Shown here: in pieces, positions 50,550 through 59,500 of the stretch
Position numbering within the stretch: position 1 is the first letter of the stretch
Layout: the number at the start of each line of letters is the position of its first letter
Source of the DNA: Candidatus Latescibacterota bacterium
Lineage (GTDB): Bacteria; Latescibacterota; UBA2968
Reading direction: 5' to 3'
Assembly (NCBI GenBank): GCA_965207885.1
Contig: OZ242311.1
Location: 5,280,001-5,344,000 of the forward strand
Length of the DNA stretch: 64,000 nt
Program-made: the position numbers and the translations under genes
Notes under the pieces: model-generated
Database searches by the model: none
Told to the model about the DNA's origin: nothing
What the model saw: only the letters and a program-made list of their open reading frames with translations

Positions 50550-51887
50550 TCACGGAGGTGACATTTTCTTTTTTGACACCGTTAGAGAATAGGTTATGGA
50601 ATTGTCATCCGTCATGTACTGGTCTATAATGCGAGGGATGTCTTCTCTGCGAATGGATTTGAGGTCTTTTATCAATTTGGGATATAGGAGGGGATCGTTG
50701 GCGTGGGCAAATGCCTGTCCAAATGAATAAGCCATGTTTGAACGGTTGTAAAATGCGGAATACATTGTGGTCAACTGCTGGTTTCGAGCCGTATTGAGTT
50801 CTGCGTCGGAGATGGATTTCAGATTCTCCAACTCTTTGCTGATCATGTTCTGGAACCTATTTCTGGACGTATCATAGGGTAGTTCTGCATAGCAATGCAT
50901 CAAGCTAAATCCTTTATAGCTGCTGAGTTCCACCTGAAAAACACTTGCGAGCTTAGAACCAACGACGGTAGATCGCAAAGAATTTGAGGACTTATCCAAG
51001 ATATAGTCCAGAATAAGCAGGCCAGCGTAGTCGCGATGTCCTAAATTGGGTGTGTACCAGCCCTTTCTGAATATAGTAACAATGAGATTTTTTAAAGTGT
51101 GTTTTAATCTTTTTCCGAGCACTTCACGGTTCGGATATTGGGGAGAATACGGTTTGCTCGGTATTTGCTCATTGCCATAAGCTTCGTCCAATTTTTTCAA
51201 GACCTGGTCAACATCCACATCGCCGATCACGACAATCAGTCTCTTTTGACGGCGCAGAAAATTCTCATAATACGCTTTCAAATCATCAGATTCGAGTTGT
51301 GTAATAAAAGCCTCAGTACCAAGGTCATTAAAATTCTTTTTTTTGTAAATTAAAGAAAAAAAAGAATTCTTGTGTCTAAGTTTTAAACTTGATAATCTAT
51401 GACTTCTTTCCGTCAGTACGATTTTCTTTTCTTTTTTTATAATTTCCTCATTGATCACTGTGTTGTAATATCTTTCCGAATCTATCTTAACCGCGAGATC
51501 AAACTTATCCTTCGGAAATTTTAGTATAAAGCATGTAAAATGATAATCAGTAAAGGCTTTTTGTTCTCCTTCATTATCTGCGATAATTTGATTGAGTTTC
51601 CCCGGCGCATAGCTGCCAATGCCCGCTATGACATGCTCTAAAAAATGTATCCGTCCTTGTTGACCTTCCTCTTCATCTGCCGAGCCAGCATCATAAAAGG
51701 TATGGTATTCAAAGGTTGGGATTGTTCGATCTACAACAATAACAGCGTCGAGGTTGGGATTGATGGTATAATATTGCGCGACGAGTTCTTCAGATAATGT
51801 GGCTGTGCCAACAAGATCGTAGGCAACGCAAATGCCCGTTGGCAAGACGCATACAAGGAATGAGGTGAGTGCGTAAGTTTTCATCAT
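50550..51887 (-). CDS. M16 (insulinase/pitrilysin) metallopeptidase, catalytic subunit
   Basis: AGSADE..G..G..HFLEH, AFT and EKKIVLTE motifs, signal-peptide-like N-terminus. Confidence 0.85.
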   Translation of the reverse strand: MMKTYALTSFLVCVLPTGICVAYDLVGTATLSEELVAQYYTINPNLDAVIVVDRTIPTFEYHTFYDAGSADEEEGQQGRIHFLEHVIAGIGSYAPGKLNQIIADNEGEQKAFTDYHFTCFILKFPKDKFDLAVKIDSERYYNTVINEEIIKKEKKIVLTERSHRLSSLKLRHKNSFFSLIYKKKNFNDLGTEAFITQLESDDLKAYYENFLRRQKRLIVVIGDVDVDQVLKKLDEAYGNEQIPSKPYSPQYPNREVLGKRLKHTLKNLIVTIFRKGWYTPNLGHRDYAGLLILDYILDKSSNSLRSTVVGSKLASVFQVELSSYKGFSLMHCYAELPYDTSRNRFQNMISKELENLKSISDAELNTARNQQLTTMYSAFYNRSNMAYSFGQAFAHANDPLLYPKLIKDLKSIRREDIPRIIDQYMTDDNSITYSLTVSKKKMSPP

Positions 51888-51969
51888 GTTTGATACTCAG
51901 CAAAGTTGGGAATGGCTGCCTCGCCTATATATATCTGGATACATTCTTGCACTGCACAGTATAAAATCT

Positions 51970-52002
51970 GAAGGTTCTTCCAGCAGGCCTGAAAGAACCT
52001 TC
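51970..52002 (-). terminator. Stem-loop or terminator downstream of the GG-leader gene
   Basis: GAAGGTTCTTCCAG...CTGAAAGAACCTTC inverted repeat followed by a short T run on the minus strand. Confidence 0.55.
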
Positions 52003-52059
52003 TTAGTCATGTAATCCCTGAGAAACCGGACTATGTAGTGTTAAACGTGTACAATGGTA

Positions 52060-52656
52060 TCAGTTACCTACTCTCGTATTATCTTGTCCGGTTGTCTCAA
52101 ATCCATCAAAAAGTCCATTCTCATCCTCCTCACCCCCCTCATCATTGGTACCACAATTACCATCACAATTCTCATCATCACAATTCTCACAATTCTCATT
52201 ATCATCTTCTCCCTCACCTTCTCCCTCACCTTCTCCCTCACCACAATCCCCACTGTCGCCATCCTCTGGTCCTGCCATCTGATCACTATAAAAAAACTCC
52301 TCAGCAGCATCTGGATTAACAGGCTGGTTTATTTGCGTCCAGTCGGGTAACTGATCCCCTTCCCTATACATCTCGAGTGGTGATATCTGTGGTCCATTGT
52401 CCCCAAAATTAGGTGATGGTGGTAGCCCAGGTTCAGGAGAACCAAAAACAGAGGTGACAATATCCCAGATGGTAGGTCCCGTGTTCCAATCTATTGGGTC
52501 TTCATCTTTGCATTTACTTTTCCCCCCATCCCCACCCCGAGCCATGTTCATTTCTTGTATTGAAATGGTCTCGGAGAGGATAGAGAGCGGTTTACAAGTA
52601 AGTCCTGTAATGGATGTGGTGATACCTTCACTCTGTTCAGAAATATTTTTTGACAT
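52060..52656 (-). CDS. Double-glycine-leader acidic Cys-rich protein (putative exported RiPP precursor), 198 aa
   Basis: AGGAG RBS. ETISIQEMNMARGG fits the [I/L]S..E[M/L]....GG leader consensus. Core is Asp/Glu/Gly-rich with 6 Cys. Confidence 0.75.
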   Translation of the reverse strand: MSKNISEQSEGITTSITGLTCKPLSILSETISIQEMNMARGGDGGKSKCKDEDPIDWNTGPTIWDIVTSVFGSPEPGLPPSPNFGDNGPQISPLEMYREGDQLPDWTQINQPVNPDAAEEFFYSDQMAGPEDGDSGDCGEGEGEGEGEGEDDNENCENCDDENCDGNCGTNDEGGEEDENGLFDGFETTGQDNTRVGN

Positions 52657-52667
52657 AATACTATCTC

Positions 52668-53538
52668 CTAGGTAGTGTCTGAAAAGTAAGCTTTGAAGAG
52701 TTGTCTGATACAGGCCAGCTTGACCATAGTGAGAAAATGAGTCGCCTTTTTTTCAAATCGGGTCACAATCCGTCGGCAGTGTTTAAGCCAACCAAAGAGA
52801 CGCTCCACGATATTGCGTTTGGCATATAATCTTTTATCACACTTAGGCCGTGGTCCTCTCTTACGCCGTTTTCTGCCTTTGGGAATCGCCTTGTTTGGGA
52901 TAGCAGCCTTGATACCCCGTTTGCGTAGATAGACTCTGATGCGTGAGACATCATAAGATTTATCAGCTACCAGATACTTGGGTCGGTTTCTTGGACGCCC
53001 TCGTTTGGTGGGTATGCATACCTTTGACAGTAGCCTTTCAGCCTGTGTGGATTCTGACTGGTTACCAGGGAGAAGATCCACTGCTAAAGGATGCCCGACT
53101 GCATCGCAAAGAAGATGGATTTTCGTGGTCAAACCGCCACGAGAGCGTCCTAAAGCGTGATCTGGGGGCTCTTCTTCACCCTTTTTGCCCTTTTTTTTTC
53201 GCTCCTGCCGCGGCTTGTGTGGCTCGAATATGGGTTGCATCCATCATCCAGGTCGCATAATCTAAAAGACCATCTTCACCCAATTTGAGATGTAGCTTTT
53301 CTACAATGCGATCAAAGGTGCCATCCTGTTTCCATTTGCAGAATCGGTCAAAGGCTGTCTGCCAAGGACCATATCGTTCTGGCAGGTCGCGCCAAGCTGC
53401 ACCTGAACACAATATCCAGAAGATCCCGTTGAATAATGTACGATCATCCCGACGGGGACGACCCATCTTCTTCGGCGGTGGGAACAGGTCTTGGATCAGA
53501 TGCCAAGCCTCGTCGCGCAGTTCATATCTCCGTTGCAT
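52668..53538 (-). CDS. IS5 transposase expressed by programmed -1 frameshift (orfA 53176-53538, orfB 52668-53240)
   Basis: WRDLPERYGPWQT, MDATHIRA, GRSRGGLTTKIH, ADKSYD and RNIVER.F..LK..RRI.TRFEK motifs. A9 slippery run at 53191-53199. Confidence 0.92.
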
Positions 53539-53610
53539 ATCATACTCCTTGGTTTAGGGCGTATGCTGCAACTAAAATACATACTTTACGACTTTTCAGA
53601 CACTACCTAG
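52668..53610 (-). mobile_element. IS5-family insertion sequence (IS427-like, two ORFs)
   Basis: Perfect terminal inverted repeats GTAGTGTCTGAAAAGT / ACTTTTCAGACACTAC, each flanked by CTAG (target duplication CTAG or TA). Coordinates include the flanks. Confidence 0.93.
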
Positions 53611-53642
53611 TAAGGGTTATTACTTGTGGATTGATTAAAATC

Positions 53643-54586
53643 TCACTTAAGAAATTTTGCTGTCTCGCCATCTTTACACGTACGATCTCTGTCGTGAAAA
53701 AATAGAAAGTTGCGAAAAAACGTATTGACGATTGTCATATAACAGGCATTCTGTTTTCTTTTTTGAGCTTCTGGTGGAAGATCCGTGAACTCCTGGATGC
53801 GCTCAGGTGTCACCCCATGGATGTCGCGAATGGTATTGAACAGACCAATCAGATCTGTTTCACAGCAGTTATTCGCTTTAGCCAGCACGCTCAAATACAC
53901 ATCATCAACATGCGATAATGCCTTTGCAATTCGGGTGCGAGTCTCACTGACAGACTGAACATCCGAAAGCCTATCAGGCGCATCCCAACACGGTGTCACG
54001 GATTTGATCTTACGCAGCACGGCCAGATGGTGGTCTTCGCGGATAATCTCCACAGCAAAACTACTGGGATAGACGGACAGCCAGTTCTCGACAATTTGCT
54101 TCTCATAAGACCTTCTGAAATCGTCCAGAATGACCAGACCACCAATCTTGATCTGGTCATAAACCTGGTAAAGGCATGCCTCCCGACCTCGCAAGGTATA
54201 GACTGGCGGACCATCAATAACCACGCAATCTATCTCTTCCTTCCAAAACACCCCATCTTCATAAGTCAAAAATTCCGTATCTCCATAAGATTCAAGGGTA
54301 ATTGGACGATGTTTGATCGATAGATTGCGCTTATCCCAGAATGTTTGCATCAGACTCAGGGTCTCTGCAAAATTCCGCCAGTCGCCTTCTATAGACAGAA
54401 CCTCGGTTCCAAAAACGCCATCGCCAGACGGATAGAACTCGGACCACTTCCAAATTCGAGAATTCTTTCTACTGGAGACATCTGAAGAAGCGTGGTTGCG
54501 ATTCTCTCAAACGCTGTCTCACCAATGCTCCAGCCCGCGTCCAGATTAAGCCGATCCGGTATTTTGAGGTCGGAAATTTTATGCAT
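53643..54586 (-). pseudogene. Class I SAM-dependent methyltransferase, frameshifted near 54405-54415
   Basis: ILEFGSGPSS in ORF 54389-54586. The other frame continues TEVLSIEGD...VIDGPP...GG.VILDD..R..E. One base is missing. Confidence 0.8.
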
Positions 54587-54589
54587 GCC

Positions 54590-56032
54590 TTACTTCTTTA
54601 CTTCAGATACCACTTCCAGATCATATCGTCGCTGCAACAAAGACGCATCTTCCTCTGCAATCTCCATACACATCTCCATCGCCAATTCATAGCGATAGCG
54701 CGTCTGTTCACAAGCAACAGGGTTGGGATACATCGGATCACCCGTTGTCGTCCGCGCCTCCCAAAGACATCCGCCACCACACAGGTTGCGCGCCCAGCAC
54801 GTCTTGCACTCAGGACGATTATTCACATTGAACTGCGCGTCAAAATGCTGCTGCTTTTCGCGGTCAATACCCGCAAACACATCACCCATCTTAAACTCGG
54901 GCGCATCGGCCAAACTCGAACAAAAATAAATCGACCCATCTGCTGCAATAGCCAGATACTGCTTGCCACCCAGGCATCCATGACAGGATTTCTGGCGCGT
55001 CAACAGTTTCTGAATCCGCGGATCAAACTCTTCACTCTCTTCACCATTTAGAATGGCTTTGAGCGCACGCCTACTCCGCTTGTAAATTTGCTGCTTCAAC
55101 GCAGGTATGTGTTCTTCCCGAATCGCATAAGGCGCATCCGGTGAAACAACAGCCGGACCAACAAGCGCGTTATCAGTACCCAGAGAACGCAACGCATCGG
55201 CAATCTGATCCTCGTCCATATCATACGCTGTCATAACAGCCTGCAAATACACCCTCTCGGGAACCTCAGCAGTCAATTTCTGTACATTCTTTGCCACAAC
55301 ATCATAAGTGCCAGAACCATTGTGAAACTTGCGAATGCGGTCCTGTGTCTGACGCCCACCATCCAGACTGACCTTAATTTGAAACTTTTCATCAACCAAA
55401 AACTGCTTCATCTCGTCGGTCAACAACGTGCCATTGGTCACAATGCCAAAACCAACCTGCACACCCAATCGCGCTGATAGGGATTTGGCAAATGGGACAA
55501 GCTCCTGCATCAATGGAAAATTCAGAAGCGGCTCTCCGCCAAAAAAATCAATCTGGCATCGTCCCAATACCTGAGCCTCGGCAACAATCCAGCGTATGGC
55601 TTGCTCGGCAACATCTATTTGCATCAGCATCGCCTTACCGCCATAATCTCCACCGTGGGCAAAGCAATAAGCACACTGAATATTGCAAGTATGGGAAACG
55701 TGCAAAGACACCTGCAACCGATCTGTCTGCGATACGCCACAGGCTGCCACCCCTTCTGTCGTCGGCACACTGGATACCAGAGGCAAAGCACCATCCGAAA
55801 TCAAACCCACCTGGGACAGTTCCTCAATGGCCTCGACAATTTCTTCTGCCTCGTATTGATCAGCCAACCTCTGAACAACCTGCGAAACAGACAAACCCTC
55901 GCAACACTCTAAAATCGCCTCGAAAAGAGTATCCAATTTAAAAAATAGACCCGTCTCAATCTGATAGACAATCGGTTGTTCTTGCTCTTCTGTTTGAAAA
56001 AGATGCATTTCACATTTCTGAATGCACAGCAT
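54590..56032 (-). CDS. Radical SAM/SPASM peptide maturase with a probable N-terminal RRE (CteB/PapB/QhpD-like)
   Basis: CNIQCAYC, FFGGEPLLN, TNGTLL and SLDG motifs. SPASM C..C.GG...DG.IY.C...C..CWARNLCGGGC...C. GAGGAG RBS 8 nt before the ATG at 56032. Confidence 0.93.
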   Translation of the reverse strand: MLCIQKCEMHLFQTEEQEQPIVYQIETGLFFKLDTLFEAILECCEGLSVSQVVQRLADQYEAEEIVEAIEELSQVGLISDGALPLVSSVPTTEGVAACGVSQTDRLQVSLHVSHTCNIQCAYCFAHGGDYGGKAMLMQIDVAEQAIRWIVAEAQVLGRCQIDFFGGEPLLNFPLMQELVPFAKSLSARLGVQVGFGIVTNGTLLTDEMKQFLVDEKFQIKVSLDGGRQTQDRIRKFHNGSGTYDVVAKNVQKLTAEVPERVYLQAVMTAYDMDEDQIADALRSLGTDNALVGPAVVSPDAPYAIREEHIPALKQQIYKRSRRALKAILNGEESEEFDPRIQKLLTRQKSCHGCLGGKQYLAIAADGSIYFCSSLADAPEFKMGDVFAGIDREKQQHFDAQFNVNNRPECKTCWARNLCGGGCLWEARTTTGDPMYPNPVACEQTRYRYELAMEMCMEIAEEDASLLQRRYDLEVVSEVKK

Positions 56033-56056
56033 AGCACGCACTCCTCAAAACCCAAA

Positions 56057-56245
56057 TCACTTAGCCTGATCATCAACCTGTTCGAAATCGTCCCAATCGT
56101 CATCATCGGGAAAGGGCAGAGGGGGAACGCCAAAATCACCGGAGGGACAGAGCACTTCAAAACTATGCACAGTTTGGTACATAAGGATGCTACCTTCTTG
56201 ATCTATCGTTCCATTGATCAAAGTCAACTTACGTCGCGTTGTCAT
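56057..56245 (-). CDS. Putative RiPP precursor peptide, 62 aa
   Basis: AAGGAG RBS. First gene after the sigma54 promoter and directly upstream of the rSAM gene. Single Cys in CPSGD and an acidic tail PDDDDWDDFEQVDD. Confidence 0.75.
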   Translation of the reverse strand: MTTRRKLTLINGTIDQEGSILMYQTVHSFEVLCPSGDFGVPPLPFPDDDDWDDFEQVDDQAK

Positions 56246-56291
56246 GTTACTCTCCTTGATAATGCAAAAATCTTAGATGCCGTTACTATAT

Positions 56292-56307
56292 TGCAAGATC
56301 CGTGCCT
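56292..56307 (-). promoter_or_regulatory. Sigma54 promoter of the RiPP operon
   Basis: Minus strand reads AGGCAC-GGATC-TTGCA (GG-N10-GC), about 46 nt upstream of the precursor ATG and next to a bEBP gene. Confidence 0.8.
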
Positions 56308-56411
56308 AAAATCGCCTCAGCACAAAAAAAAGCACTTGAAAATGCTCAAGTGCTTGAAAAACAAAGAGATAAAATTTAAAAATTATTTGTATTGTAAATG
56401 CGGCATCCAAA

Positions 56412-56533
56412 TATATGTGTATCTAATAGATACGCATATAACCGTTCATTTAGGCAAAATATGTATAAATGATTGATTAATATAAAAATAAATTAAAGTG
56501 CATCTAAATGATACATTGTCACAAAATGATACA
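56412..56533. promoter_or_regulatory. Candidate upstream activator sites (TGTATC-N5-GATACA, three copies)
   Basis: TGTATC-TAATA-GATACG at 56418, TGCATC-TAAAT-GATACA at 56499 and TGTCAC-AAAAT-GATACA at 56517, 110-230 bp upstream of the -24 box. Confidence 0.6.
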
Positions 56534-56545
56534 TTCGTTCAATAT

Positions 56546-59500
56546 CTATCTCAACCCCAAACGATTCATCTTTCTATACAAGCTGGCACGCACCAACCCC
56601 AGTTCTTCGGCCGTACGCTTAATATTACCCTCGTATTTTTCGAGCGCATCCATAATCAACCGTCTCTCATACTCCTGCATACGATCTTGTAAACGCCCTC
56701 CTGCTTGCGTGTGGGCATCCGCCCGTGCAGACAAGTGATATTCGACAAAGATACCCGACACAGCGTGAATGACAGCTTCTGAAAACAAATCAGGCGTAAT
56801 ATCACCCTCTTCTTCTGACAATGCTACCGCACGTCGAATTTCATGCTCCAACTCGCGCACATTACCAGGCCAGTTGTAACTTGTGAGTGCCCTGATTGCA
56901 CCCACTGTCAACCCTCCAACCGACTTTCTTGCCTCTTCTTTTGCTCGAATGAGCAGATGTCCAGCCAATAATGGCACATCTTCAAGGTGTTCTCGTAAAG
57001 GTGGCATATCGATCTGAATCCCGTGCAACCGGTAATACAAATCTTCGCGGAAAGAACCGTTTTCAACTTCTTTTTTTAAGTCTCGATTGGTCGCTGCAAT
57101 AATGCGTACATCCACTTCGCGATCCTCTGTTTCTCCCACACGCCGAATCTCACCTTCTTGCAACACCCGCAACAAACTTCTTTGCAACTGCGGCGGAGCA
57201 TCGGCGATTTCATCGAGAAGAACCGTGCCCCCATCAGCCGCTTCAAAAATCCCCTTATGATCTTCACTCGCGCCAGTAAACGCGCCTTTTTTGTGCCCAA
57301 ACAACTCACCCTGCAACAACTCTGGTGATAGTGTAGCACAATTTTGTGACAAAAATCGTTGATCTTTGCGCCTGCTATTGTAGTGTATGGCACGCGCAGC
57401 CAACTCTTTGCCCGTACCTGTTTCGCCCTGCACAAGTACGGGAATATCACTTTGTGAAGCGCGTTCGATAAGCTGGTAAACCACCTGCATAGCATCACTC
57501 TGCCCGACCAGATCATCAAGCCGGTACCGCCTTTCGACCTGTTGCTGAAAATATTGTGCTTTCTCTTCCAGTTGTTCATACATCCTCGCATTGACCAGCG
57601 CCAGCCCCACCAGATTCGCAAAAGCCTGTAAAAACGTCTGATCTGCTTCAGAAAATGCGTTGTCAATACCGCGATGATCCACATATAGCGCACCGATAAC
57701 ACCTTCCTTAACATGAAAAAGAGGCACACACAATACAGACCGAATGTGGTAGTCTATCACGCTCTGATACCGATTTAATCTTTCGTCTGTCTGGGCATCC
57801 ATGCTCAAAACGGGTTCATTGGTCTCAATAACGCGGCGAATAATACCCCGACTCAGTTCTTCTGCATCATCTGCTTCTACATTGTAGTAGCGCACGGCAT
57901 CAACCACAAAGCCTTTTGGGGTCTCATTTTTAATCGCAATAAGCACCCGCTCTGCTGGATAGACAGCCAACAAATTACCCAGAGTTCGATCCAATAACAC
58001 CTTGACATCGCGCTCTGTGGTCAATTCGTGGCTCACTTCGTAAAGCAAGCTCAAACGATCGACAGACAATGTATCGACTGAAATCCCAGAAATAGATGCG
58101 GCACCTGCTTGCGCGATAGCAGGCAAGTCCTCCTTGCGAGAAGATTTATCCAATTGATTTAATAAAATCCGTGTTTTCTCCAGAAAATAAGACATCTCCA
58201 TCTCTTCAAACGCCTGTTTTGCCGCTTCAAGATGTACTTGCGCTTTTGGTACATCATCGCGCTCGAGATAAAACTCCCCTGCTATCAACAGCGCACGCGC
58301 CCAGTGATCGCCTTTAGATTCTCTTCGGCATTCAATCGCCTGCTCAAAAGCCTCTTCAGCCTCAGCTATCCGCCCTGCATGAGCAAAAGCCGCACCAATA
58401 CCACAATACACCAAGGGCAATATGCCCGTGAACATACCCGATGTTTGTTGCGTACCTTCACTGGCTTTTTCTGCCCATTCAAATGCTGTTTCTGTATCTC
58501 CCATTCTCGCAGCAACCGTTGCCGCAATCGCATAAGCGCGATAGATATAATCTCTTCGCGATATTTGCAAAAACCCCTCCACCGAGGTCTCGGCATATTC
58601 CAATGCCTCGGCAAAATCACCGCGTTCCAGTGCCAATTCTCCCAGATAAAGGAAATTCACTGCCTCCCCATACACAAGTCCTTGCTTCCTCCACTCACCA
58701 ATGACCTCATAGCAAACGGCTTCTGTACGGGTGAGATCTCCCAGATAAAAATAAACCCTTTGAAGCGAATTAAGTGCCCCAATGCGATGATGTTCAAATC
58801 CAAGCTGTTGAGATGTTTTTACAGCCACTTCTAGATATTCTTTGGCTGTTTCAAATCGAAAGTCCACCAATGCAGCTTGACCTTCTCGAACTTGTATAAA
58901 AGCGTCTTTCTGCGGATCTATCAACACACGACGTTTCTCTATTTCCAGACGCATATACTCAAGTGCTTCTTTGTGCCGTCCAGATACATCGCACAAATAA
59001 GCCAAACTGCCCAATGCTTGAACTTCTCCGTCGAGATCATCCAGTTCACGATAAAGTCGCAATGCCTCCAGCATATATTCTTTTGCAATTTCTCCATGTT
59101 GAAGTACGCTGTGAATACCACCTTCATTCCACAAAATACGCGCTTTCAAATCTCTCCGGTCATCGGGCAATAACGCCTTTGCCTCGCCTAAAAGTTCCAA
59201 TGCTTTATTGTGTTGACCACAATTGCGCAACGTATCTGCATAATCGCACAAAAAGTCGATAGCATTTACTTGTGATTCAAAAACGCCATCCGCCTGCTGT
59301 ACAGCCTCAAACCGTCTCAATGCCTGGCGATAAGCGTGTTTTTCCAATGCTTTTTTGCCCGCCATGAGCGTATATTTCACAGCCTTATCTCGTTCTTCTG
59401 CCGCCGCAAAATGATTCGCCAATTCTTCTATCAATTCTTCTGCATCTTCCGAATCTTCCAGAGCATTGCCAATTTCTCGATGCAACAACCGCCGCCGCAC

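Noticed and set aside
50550-50552. Third selenocysteine codon in the M16 peptidase
   Set aside because: The TGA lies in a linker with no redox motif and no convincing hairpin downstream.
52038-52350. His-rich (52038-52319) and Ile-rich (52054-52350) plus-strand ORFs
   Set aside because: These are antisense shadows of the GAT/GAG/GGT-rich repeats in the 198-aa gene, which has an RBS, a GG leader and operon orientation.
54590-56032. Anaerobic sulfatase-maturating enzyme serving the window's sulfatases
   Set aside because: The N-terminal RRE-like extension, the adjacent peptide gene and the C39 exporter favour a peptide maturase. The sulfatases are over 15 kb away.
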